Source of the DNA: an uncultured Methanosarcinales archaeon
GTDB taxonomy: Archaea; Nanobdellota; Nanobdellia; Woesearchaeales; DSVV01
Assembly: GCA_964593285.1 (NCBI GenBank)
Contig: CAZQHZ010000006.1
Span: 1-64,000 of the forward strand
DNA length: 64,000 nt
Direction: 5' to 3'
Made by a program: the position numbers and the translations under genes. Below are positions 56,488 through 64,000 of this stretch, in pieces (within the stretch, counting starts at the first letter, position 1; the number at the start of each line of letters is the position of its first letter). Under the pieces are notes generated by a model. The model saw nothing but the letters and a program-made list of their open reading frames with translations, was not told the origin of the DNA and ran no database searches.

Positions 56488-56967
56488 TTACTTTTTCTTT
56501 ATATTAATAATATCTCCAATAGTTAATTTTGTATTTTTAACTACCTTTTTTTTTGTATTCCTTACTTCTTCGTATGTATCAATTAATTTTATATTTAAAA
56601 ATCTTTCAAACTTTTTTGCAAGTTCAAGAGATGGTGTAATATTACCTCTTTCAATATTTTGAATTAATGATTCTTTCTCAGAAATTTTTAATGCAAATTC
56701 ATTTTGTTTTAAACCAAGTTTTTCTCTTTTTTGTTTTATAAGAGTAGAATAATCATCCACAATATATTCGATAATTTCTTTTTCTTCATTTTCTACTTGA
56801 TCAATATTTTTTTTACTTTTTTTAAAATCACTCTTTATTTTATCTGGATCATACGACTTTTTAACAACCTTACCATATTTTGCACAATTTTTACAAACAT
56901 TTAATTGAGTTCCTTCAATTAAAGTTTTATATAATATTCCACTTGAACCACACATATCACATTGCAT
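56488..56967 (-). CDS. archaeal MBF1 (zinc ribbon plus HTH)
   Basis: CDMCG...VCKNCAKYG, HTH, C-terminal TIGD. Confidence 0.93.
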   Translation of the reverse strand: MQCDMCGSSGILYKTLIEGTQLNVCKNCAKYGKVVKKSYDPDKIKSDFKKSKKNIDQVENEEKEIIEYIVDDYSTLIKQKREKLGLKQNEFALKISEKESLIQNIERGNITPSLELAKKFERFLNIKLIDTYEEVRNTKKKVVKNTKLTIGDIINIKKK

Positions 56968-57052
56968 AAAAAACACCCATTTTTTTAAAATATTTATTTT
57001 AATAAATTAGCTTAATATTTATTATTTAAATAACTTATTATTTTATATATTA

Positions 57053-58003
57053 TTATTGAAATAAATTTTTACAAACATTTGTTGCATAATCTCCTTTATT
57101 CAAAAAGAAAGTTATTTTTACCTTTTTTTTACCTAAATTTAATTCATCATCTACTAAATCATATATTTTTAAATTAACAATTTTTGAAAAAACATTTCTA
57201 ACACCACCTTCAGATGTAAGTTCAGGAAACTCCCTTATAATAAAATCTCTTAAAGTTAAATTTTCTTTATTCAATATATTATTTATAACATCTTTTTTAA
57301 TTTCATTTTCTTCTTCTATTCCAAATCCAATAATTGGAAAAACTTCATTAAATTTTAAATCATACTTTGAATATTTTTTTATGCATTCATTCCAAAGATA
57401 AGATTGATATGCACTAATATAAAATTTAAGCGTTTTTTTAGGTAAATTTCTCAATGAACCAATATAATCATTTGGTTTTTTTTCTAAATATTCTTTTATT
57501 TTATATTCATTTCTTTGAATTAATAAATTAACAACATCACTAAATTGCCTCTTTATAAACATTCTACCAATCATATGATTGTCTTCATATTTACCAAATC
57601 TTTGACAATCAAAATAATTTATTACATAATCTTTTCTTTTAGGTAATTGATTTATATTTCGAACAACTATTTCAAAATAATTTCCCTCATGAACACCAAT
57701 ATTTATTCTTTCTTTGCCGCTACCTAAATACTCTAAATTAAATGTATCAAAAGAAAAATTTTTTCTAATACCTCTAAAAATTGATATATATTGGTAAGTT
57801 ATTGCTTTTTTATCTTTTAAACCTGAAGCATTAATATATTTTGGATTAATTTTTAAAAAATTAGCTATTTTTTTAATACATTCAAATGTTGAAATATTTT
57901 TTTTTTTAAGTAAATAATAAGAATAATTACCATTATCAGTAAATTTTAAATCTAATTTTTCTTTGACAATAAAATCTTCTTCTAACTGTTTTAATTTATA
58001 CAT
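57053..58003 (-). CDS. truD: tRNA pseudouridine(13) synthase
   Basis: EDFIVKE, GLKDKKAITYQ, GNYF, NYFDCQRFG, AYQSYLWN. Confidence 0.93.
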   Translation of the reverse strand: MYKLKQLEEDFIVKEKLDLKFTDNGNYSYYLLKKKNISTFECIKKIANFLKINPKYINASGLKDKKAITYQYISIFRGIRKNFSFDTFNLEYLGSGKERINIGVHEGNYFEIVVRNINQLPKRKDYVINYFDCQRFGKYEDNHMIGRMFIKRQFSDVVNLLIQRNEYKIKEYLEKKPNDYIGSLRNLPKKTLKFYISAYQSYLWNECIKKYSKYDLKFNEVFPIIGFGIEEENEIKKDVINNILNKENLTLRDFIIREFPELTSEGGVRNVFSKIVNLKIYDLVDDELNLGKKKVKITFFLNKGDYATNVCKNLFQ

Positions 58004-58058
58004 TTTATACAAAAAAGTCAAAAGATATATAAATTTAGCCTTAATTCAAAAAAAATAA

Positions 58059-58154
58059 GAGCCTGTAGCGTAGTCTGGATAGCGCGAGTGCCTCCTAAAT
58101 TAAATAAAAATTGAAGAAAGCACTAGGTCGTGGGTTCAAATCCCATCAGGCTCG
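58059..58154 (+). tRNA. tRNA-Arg(CCT) with a 21-nt intron at 37/38 (58098-58118)
   Basis: GAGCCTG/CAGGCTC acceptor, AGTGC-CT-CCT-A|intron|A-GCACT. Confidence 0.93.
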
Positions 58155-58189
58155 GTTTTAATAATTAAAATTCAATCAATAAAATTTTT

Positions 58190-58660
58190 TTAATTAAATT
58201 CACAAACACATTTTTCATCAACATCAACTGTTGTACATAAACTAACATGTTTATCATTAAATCCTTTTTCAACAATAATTCTACCAGTACTTATTACTTC
58301 TCGAGTAACATTTGCACAAACAACTGTATTTAAAGCATATGTAAAATTTTGATTTATTGACTCAAAAACAATAAAAGAATAAGTTTCTTTTGTATTATTA
58401 TATGTAAAAATATTTAAAATAGATTTTGGTATTTGGTATGAAATTTCTTTTTTAAATATTCCTGTAGTATAAAAAGCTTCAGTTGTAACTTCATTTATTT
58501 TCTCTGCAATAAATGAAATTTGCTCAGCTGAAACTTCATCCTCTGCAGATTGTTGATAATATATTAAAAAAGATACAGCACCTAAAATTCCAAAAAACAT
58601 AATGCCTACAACTAACATATATTCAAAAGATGCCTGCGATTTTTTAAATGTAAATAACAT
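58190..58660 (-). CDS. pilin-like protein with class III signal peptide
   Basis: KKSQ/ASFEY followed by a hydrophobic helix. Confidence 0.8.
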   Translation of the reverse strand: MLFTFKKSQASFEYMLVVGIMFFGILGAVSFLIYYQQSAEDEVSAEQISFIAEKINEVTTEAFYTTGIFKKEISYQIPKSILNIFTYNNTKETYSFIVFESINQNFTYALNTVVCANVTREVISTGRIIVEKGFNDKHVSLCTTVDVDEKCVCEFN

Positions 58661-58782
58661 GTATTTATTTACATATAAGTATTGATATAAAAATATTATG
58701 TTTTAGAAAATAATAACAATTTCGAAAATATTTCATTTTTTTTTAACTAAATTATATAAAGAATATTAACTTTAAATAAAAT

Positions 58783-59451
58783 ATGAAAATAAAAGAATTA
58801 GCTCTACAATTAAGACCAAGGGAACGAATGCTAAAAAATGGAGCTGGAAAATTAAATGATGCAGAACTTTTTGCAATACTTTTAGGAAAAGGAACAAAAA
58901 ATAATAATATAATTGATATTTCAAATAATTTAATTTCAAATAATTCTTATAATCAATTAGCAAATCTTTCAATAAATGAATTAACTAAATTTAAAGGCAT
59001 AGGTCAAATAAAAGCACTTCAAATTAAAGCAATCTTTGAATTATGTAAAAGAATTAATTTAAATACTGAAAAAATAATAAATTTAAATTCACCAAAAAAA
59101 GTTTTTTTATACATGAAAGATGCATTAAAAAATTTAAACCAAGAACATTTTTTTGTATTATGTTTAAATTCAAAAAATTGCTTAGTATCTCAAAAAATAG
59201 TTTCAATTGGAACAATTAATTCAACAATAATTCACCCAAGAGAAATATTTAGAGATGCAATTAAAAATTCTGCATGCTCTATAATAATTGTTCATAACCA
59301 TCCATCTGGTTGCTCTAAACCTTCAAATGAAGATTTAGAAATAACAAAAAACATAATAGATGCATCAAAATTAATATCTATTCAAATATTAGATCATATA
59401 ATTATTGGAAATAATAATTATTGGAGCTATAAAGAAAATTATAATATTTAA
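58783..59451 (+). CDS. radC: RadC (JAB domain) protein
   Basis: RPRERM, HhH GIGQIKA, HPREIF, HNHPSG...SNED, DHII. Confidence 0.94.
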   Translation: MKIKELALQLRPRERMLKNGAGKLNDAELFAILLGKGTKNNNIIDISNNLISNNSYNQLANLSINELTKFKGIGQIKALQIKAIFELCKRINLNTEKIINLNSPKKVFLYMKDALKNLNQEHFFVLCLNSKNCLVSQKIVSIGTINSTIIHPREIFRDAIKNSACSIIIVHNHPSGCSKPSNEDLEITKNIIDASKLISIQILDHIIIGNNNYWSYKENYNI

Positions 59452-59488
59452 AAAATTAAATAAATTTTAAAAAATAATAAATAAAATA

Positions 59489-60232
59489 TTAATCATTATA
59501 ATTAAATTTTAATCTCATAAACATATTTTCATTTGGAAAGAAAATGTTGGCTGCATTTGGTTTAAAATGGTTTTTAAAATATTTTTTACTAACATCAGGA
59601 TGCATACAAACATACATTCCATTTTGATCTATATTATCACTAATATATTTACAATCATTTTTTTTAGTTAATGCTATTTTACAATAAGGTATATTATAAA
59701 TACTTTCATTTAAAAATAAATTACCATTACAAACATCTTCTAAATTAGTTAAAGAACTTTCATTAATTAAATTATCATCATATTTAATGAAAGCTTTTTT
59801 TAAAAACAAACTAATATAATTACTGTCAATCTTATGATTTCTAAGCCCTTTTGTTACTTGATTAACATAGACTTTTGATGGTGTACTAAGTTTTCTTTTA
59901 ATAGGCATTTGATATGTATAAGCACTAATAAAATCGTTTTCATTTTCAAAATTAACTTTTAATTTTTTTCGACTAAAATGATTCTTATAAACACCATTAT
60001 CAAAATCTAATTTTAAAATATCATCATCATTAATCTCATAAACAACCCCTCTAACATGTTCACCTTTTTTCCTAACAATATCTAAAATTCCTGTTTTTGC
60101 ATTATTAGTTCGTTTTCTAAAAGAAATCCGATGGTTAAATAAAATTGCTTTAAAAGAATTTGGCATATAACCAATTGATTTTTCTAAATTATTTAAATTT
60201 AAATTTTTACCATATTCAAAATACCACGCCAT
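59489..60232 (-). CDS. gamma-glutamylcyclotransferase-like domain with a Cys-containing C-terminal extension
   Basis: YFEYGKNL, VRGVVYEI, AYTY, PSKVY. Confidence 0.7.
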   Translation of the reverse strand: MAWYFEYGKNLNLNNLEKSIGYMPNSFKAILFNHRISFRKRTNNAKTGILDIVRKKGEHVRGVVYEINDDDILKLDFDNGVYKNHFSRKKLKVNFENENDFISAYTYQMPIKRKLSTPSKVYVNQVTKGLRNHKIDSNYISLFLKKAFIKYDDNLINESSLTNLEDVCNGNLFLNESIYNIPYCKIALTKKNDCKYISDNIDQNGMYVCMHPDVSKKYFKNHFKPNAANIFFPNENMFMRLKFNYND

Positions 60233-60322
60233 AGTAAAAACAAAAACAACACTTCTTTTTATTTTTTTCGATAAAAATGCAAAATAAATATATAAAACTA
60301 CAATAAATAAATAAATAAATAA

Positions 60323-60422
60323 NNNNNNNNNNNNNNNNNNNNNNNNNNNNNNNNNNNNNNNNNNNNNNNNNNNNNNNNNNNNNNNNNNNNNNNNNNNNNN
60401 NNNNNNNNNNNNNNNNNNNNNN
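60323..60422. other. assembly gap (100 N) flanked by (AAAT)n on the left and (AAT)6/AGT on the right
   Basis: Run of n. Confidence 1.
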
Positions 60423-60527
60423 AATAATAATAATAATAATAGTAATAATAGTAGTAGTAATAAATAACCCTAATAAAAAATAATTTTAAATAGATAATTT
60501 TTTATAATTCTTAAAAATATTAACTTT

Positions 60528-61124
60528 ATGAAAATACTTGCATTTACAGATGTACATGGTTCAATTAAAGAATTAAATAAATTAAAAAAAAAATCAAAAT
60601 CTGCAGATTTTATCTGTTGCTGTGGAGATTTTACAATATTTGAGACAAATCTTTTAAAAATACTAGAAAAAATTAATTCATTTAACAAAAAAATATTTTT
60701 AATTACTGGAAATCATGAAGATCCAAAAACAATTGAAGTCTTTTCTGAATTATTTGAAAATATAATTTTTTTAAATAATTCATATTACTTATACAAAGAC
60801 ATACTAATTTTAGGAGCAGAAGGAAATGGCTTTGCTACTATAGATAACGAATTTAAAAAAACCGCAAATTATTTTAAAAAAATAATTAAAAAAATAAATC
60901 CAAAAAAAATAATTTTAATAACTCACGCACCACCATATAAAACAAAACATGATAAAATTGATAATTATTATAATGGAAATAAAACAATTAGAAAATTCAT
61001 TGAAGAAATAAAACCATTATATGCATTTAGTGGCCATATCCATGAAAATTTTAATACAACCGATAAAATAAAAAATACAATAACAATAAACCCAGGATTT
61101 ACAGGTAGAATTATAAATATTTAA
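60528..61124 (+). CDS. calcineurin-like metallophosphoesterase
   Basis: DVHG, GD, GNHE, THAPP, GHIHE, NPG. Confidence 0.92.
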   Translation: MKILAFTDVHGSIKELNKLKKKSKSADFICCCGDFTIFETNLLKILEKINSFNKKIFLITGNHEDPKTIEVFSELFENIIFLNNSYYLYKDILILGAEGNGFATIDNEFKKTANYFKKIIKKINPKKIILITHAPPYKTKHDKIDNYYNGNKTIRKFIEEIKPLYAFSGHIHENFNTTDKIKNTITINPGFTGRIINI

Positions 61125-62065
61125 TCAAAACTCATAATTCTTGAATCAAAATCTTCTTTCATTAATAAAACAACCCTACTTTCCTTTTGTTCATCAATAA
61201 TTTTATAATCAGAATGTTTACAAATTTCTTCTGCAAAATCTTTAACCTCATTATGTCTTGGCATATTTTCAATATCTAATCGATTTCTAGAAAAACCAAC
61301 AAACATATACGCTTTAACTTCAATAAATAAAGGGTTTGCTAATTTAATTAAATTAGCCCATTCATCTGGATTAATCATATTTAAATTTTTAATCAATGTT
61401 AATCTCAATGTAGTTCTAGTTTTATTTTTTAATGTATTTAATATCTTAAGAGATTTAACTAACCTATCAAAACCATCAACTAAAGATGATTGATCTATTT
61501 TTTCAAATAATTCTTTATTTGGTGCATCCACAGATAAATATAATTGCGTTGGCATTTCATTTAATTTTTCAAGTTTTTCTGGCATCATGCCATTGCTTAC
61601 AATAAATGTAGTTTTATTTAATTTATGCAATTTTTTTAATAATTCATTTAATGCAGGATAAAAAAATGGTTCCCCACTAAGAGAAATTGCAAAATGCATT
61701 GGTTCATTTGATTCTTTTAGTTTTTTTTTATCAGTTTTACTAAAACCACCAAGTCCTGATAATAATTTTTTTTGACCAATTAAAGTATTATTAATAATTT
61801 CATTTGGTTCATCAAAATAATTCATATCTTCTGTTTTAGTATACTCCATAGGTCTCCAGCAAATTAAACATTTATTTTGGCAATACCCTATAGTTGTTGA
61901 AATTTGAGCACACAAATGGCATCTAATTCCATAAAATTTTTCTTTATAGCATACCCCCTCATTTTTTATAGACTTTTTAGTCCAGCTACAAATTTTTACA
62001 GCACTATTTTTGCCAGTAATAAAATAATGTTGTTTTAAAAGAAGTTTTTTATGTTCAGCATCCAT
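61121..62065 (-). CDS. taw1: 4-demethylwyosine synthase (Taw1/TYW1)
   Basis: VKICSW, CYKEKFYGI, CQNKCLICWR, AISLSGEP, EVKAYMFVG. Confidence 0.94.
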   Translation of the reverse strand: MDAEHKKLLLKQHYFITGKNSAVKICSWTKKSIKNEGVCYKEKFYGIRCHLCAQISTTIGYCQNKCLICWRPMEYTKTEDMNYFDEPNEIINNTLIGQKKLLSGLGGFSKTDKKKLKESNEPMHFAISLSGEPFFYPALNELLKKLHKLNKTTFIVSNGMMPEKLEKLNEMPTQLYLSVDAPNKELFEKIDQSSLVDGFDRLVKSLKILNTLKNKTRTTLRLTLIKNLNMINPDEWANLIKLANPLFIEVKAYMFVGFSRNRLDIENMPRHNEVKDFAEEICKHSDYKIIDEQKESRVVLLMKEDFDSRIMSFD

Positions 62066-62151
62066 TAAATTAAGAAATAAATTAAATTTTAAATATGTTT
62101 TCAATTTAAAATTAATATCTTTTAAAAATTTAATAATTTTATTTTAAAATT

Positions 62152-62392
62152 TTAATGATTTTTTTTATGACTTTTTTTATTCTTTTTAATGTGTTTTTTA
62201 TTTTTTTTATCATTATTATTTAAATTATCTGTATAATCCATATCTAAATCTATATCTAAATTTTTTAAAGCTTTATTTTTTTTAAAATTTTTATCATTCT
62301 CTAAATTATCTTTTTTATTTTTAAAATTATTTTTAAATAAAATAAAATTAATGATAAAAACAAATTAATATTAAAATTATTTTACTTCTCAT
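62152..62392 (-). pseudogene. signal-anchored Lys/Asn-rich small protein gene with a 1-nt frameshift
   Basis: SD AGGGGT and ATG 62392; removing one T near 62362 gives MRSKIILILIVFIINFILFKNN...KKNH* (79 aa). Confidence 0.45.
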
Positions 62393-62438
62393 AAATAAAC
62401 CCCTTTTTTTAAAATAAACAAAATAAATATATATAAAT

Positions 62439-63074
62439 TTATTGTATAACTACTTCATCATTTGTTTTCAAATTTAATTTTTCTCGTAGATAATAATCAC
62501 AAATAATTTCTAAAATATCTTCTTTATGAGATGTTCTTTTTGGAATAATAATTGCACAATCTAAATTATTTATTTTAACTTTATATGCATAAATATCACC
62601 AAAAGATCTATTTTTTTTAACAAAACCCTTAATTAATACCATATTTTTATTTTCAAGAAATTCTTTTACTTCAAAAGGCTTTATCTTTACATTCAAAGTT
62701 CCATGAAAAGGAATAATACCTAATTTTGAAAAAAATTGATTTTTATATTCTTTTTTTGAAACATAATATTTTCCTTGAGAAAGTCCATCAACAACAACTC
62801 CTCTCAATTCTTTTTTTTTATTAATAATATCATCTAAAATTTGATAGTACTTTTTTATTAATTTTATAGATTTATCTTCTAAAGATATAATAATACCATC
62901 ATTTAAAGGATTTCTTTTAATATAATTATTACTTTCTAATTCAATTAATATACGTGAAGCACTTTGCTGTGAAATATTCAAGGTTTTCGCAATTTCCTTA
63001 GTTTTAAATTTAAAATTACCATAAAGTCCACATTTTTTTGCTAAAAAAATAACATATTCAAGTTTATTAACCAT
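62439..63074 (-). CDS. ribK: HTH-fused CTP-dependent riboflavin kinase
   Basis: SQQSASR HTH; GVVVDGLSQGKYY, PFHGTLN, YLREKLNL. Confidence 0.92.
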   Translation of the reverse strand: MVNKLEYVIFLAKKCGLYGNFKFKTKEIAKTLNISQQSASRILIELESNNYIKRNPLNDGIIISLEDKSIKLIKKYYQILDDIINKKKELRGVVVDGLSQGKYYVSKKEYKNQFFSKLGIIPFHGTLNVKIKPFEVKEFLENKNMVLIKGFVKKNRSFGDIYAYKVKINNLDCAIIIPKRTSHKEDILEIICDYYLREKLNLKTNDEVVIQ

Positions 63075-63105
63075 TTTTCTAAAATATAAATATCAAAATT
63101 AAAAA

Positions 63106-63681
63106 TTATTTATTTTTATTTCTCCCACGCATTTCAACAATTTCAAGTCTTTTCAATACTTCTTTATTTGTATAATGTTTCATTATTTCACTAAAACAAA
63201 TTTTTGAAATTTTTGAATGTTTACTATCAAATGCTTGTTTTAATAGATGTAAATCAACTGCCATGTCTTCAATTTTTCTTGAAAAATAAGATAAACCAAA
63301 ATCAATAAAATACACTTTTTCGTTATAAATCATATTAGATGTTGTCAAATCACCATGAATTACATTTAAATTATGCATAAATAATAAATTTTTTGCAATA
63401 CCTTCACAAATTATTTTATAATTTTTTTTATTAATTACCTCTGAAACTTTTTTCCCATTTAATTTCTCCATTTTAATTAGCATTTTATCCTTATCAAAAA
63501 AAATATATTTTGGACAAATACCAACAAGTAATTTTAGTACTTTAATTTCACGTAAAGTTCTTGATTTTCTTAAATAAAAATCAAGTATAGAATTTCTATA
63601 TTCTTTTTTTTCTCTAATTTTGATAATGTAGTCACTATCTTCATAAATTTTTGCTTCAGCACCTATAGCAATTAATTTCAT
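63106..63681 (-). CDS. bud32: KEOPS kinase Bud32
   Basis: GAEA, HGDLTTSN, IDFGL, C-terminal RGR. Confidence 0.94.
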   Translation of the reverse strand: MKLIAIGAEAKIYEDSDYIIKIREKKEYRNSILDFYLRKSRTLREIKVLKLLVGICPKYIFFDKDKMLIKMEKLNGKKVSEVINKKNYKIICEGIAKNLLFMHNLNVIHGDLTTSNMIYNEKVYFIDFGLSYFSRKIEDMAVDLHLLKQAFDSKHSKISKICFSEIMKHYTNKEVLKRLEIVEMRGRNKNK

Positions 63682-63778
63682 ATTATAAAAAAAGAATTAA
63701 TAAATATAAATCTTTTGGTAAAAATTTTTATAAAAATATTAAAAATAAAAACATATAATAAAATATAACAAGAAAAAA

Positions 63779-63961
63779 TTAATCTTCAACTACAATTGCT
63801 AATTCAGGACACTGAACTTCACAAGCTCTACAACCAATACATTCATCAGGTAATTTAACAATTGCTGTTTTTTCTCCTTTTTCAAAAACATTAACAGGAC
63901 AAATGTCAACACAAGTATTACAATTTGTACATTTTTTTTCATCTATAATTGGTTTTGCCAT
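63779..63961 (-). CDS. 2x[4Fe-4S] ferredoxin
   Basis: CTNCNTCVDICP and CIGCRACEVQCP. Confidence 0.95.
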   Translation of the reverse strand: MAKPIIDEKKCTNCNTCVDICPVNVFEKGEKTAIVKLPDECIGCRACEVQCPELAIVVED

Positions 63962-64000
63962 TTTTTTAAACACCTTCTTTTTTTACATTATCAGTTTGTT

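Noticed and set aside
58059..60232. Integrated element at tRNA-Arg marked by radC
   Set aside because: No integrase or duplicated tRNA 3' end seen; radC is the full-length chromosomal type.

Overview
Extremely AT-rich archaeal chromosomal segment with three 100-N scaffold gaps, read in the standard genetic code. Evidence for Archaea: A-type ATP synthase, archaeal DnaG, RadB, aCPSF1, proteasome beta, uS15, aMBF1, Taw1, Bud32, CTP-dependent RibK, class III signal-peptide pilins and intron-containing tRNAs. Bacterial-type GAPDH, PGI and RadC plus a stand-alone Dph2 fragment suggest a DPANN lineage, probably Woesearchaeota-like (inference). No CRISPR array, rRNA, transposase or integrase was seen. 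Highlights: (1) a ~48% GC non-coding island with a predicted pseudoknot plus a 17-bp stem in the ~340-nt leader of dnaG, matching no RNA family I recognise; (2) an rnfCDGEA operon without rnfB, together with a complete A1AO ATP synthase operon that has a beta-carbonic anhydrase inserted between atpB and atpD; (3) three HIT genes around rnf whose four domains all lack the catalytic histidine and whose proteins carry poly-Asn tails; (4) (AAT)n microsatellites all on one strand; (5) a switch-like structured leader on uS15; (6) a tRNA-Trp intron with apparently permuted C/D guide elements; (7) small or frameshifted ORFs missed by the ORF track. All RNA structures were derived by eye, not computed, and protein calls rest on motif recognition without database searches.
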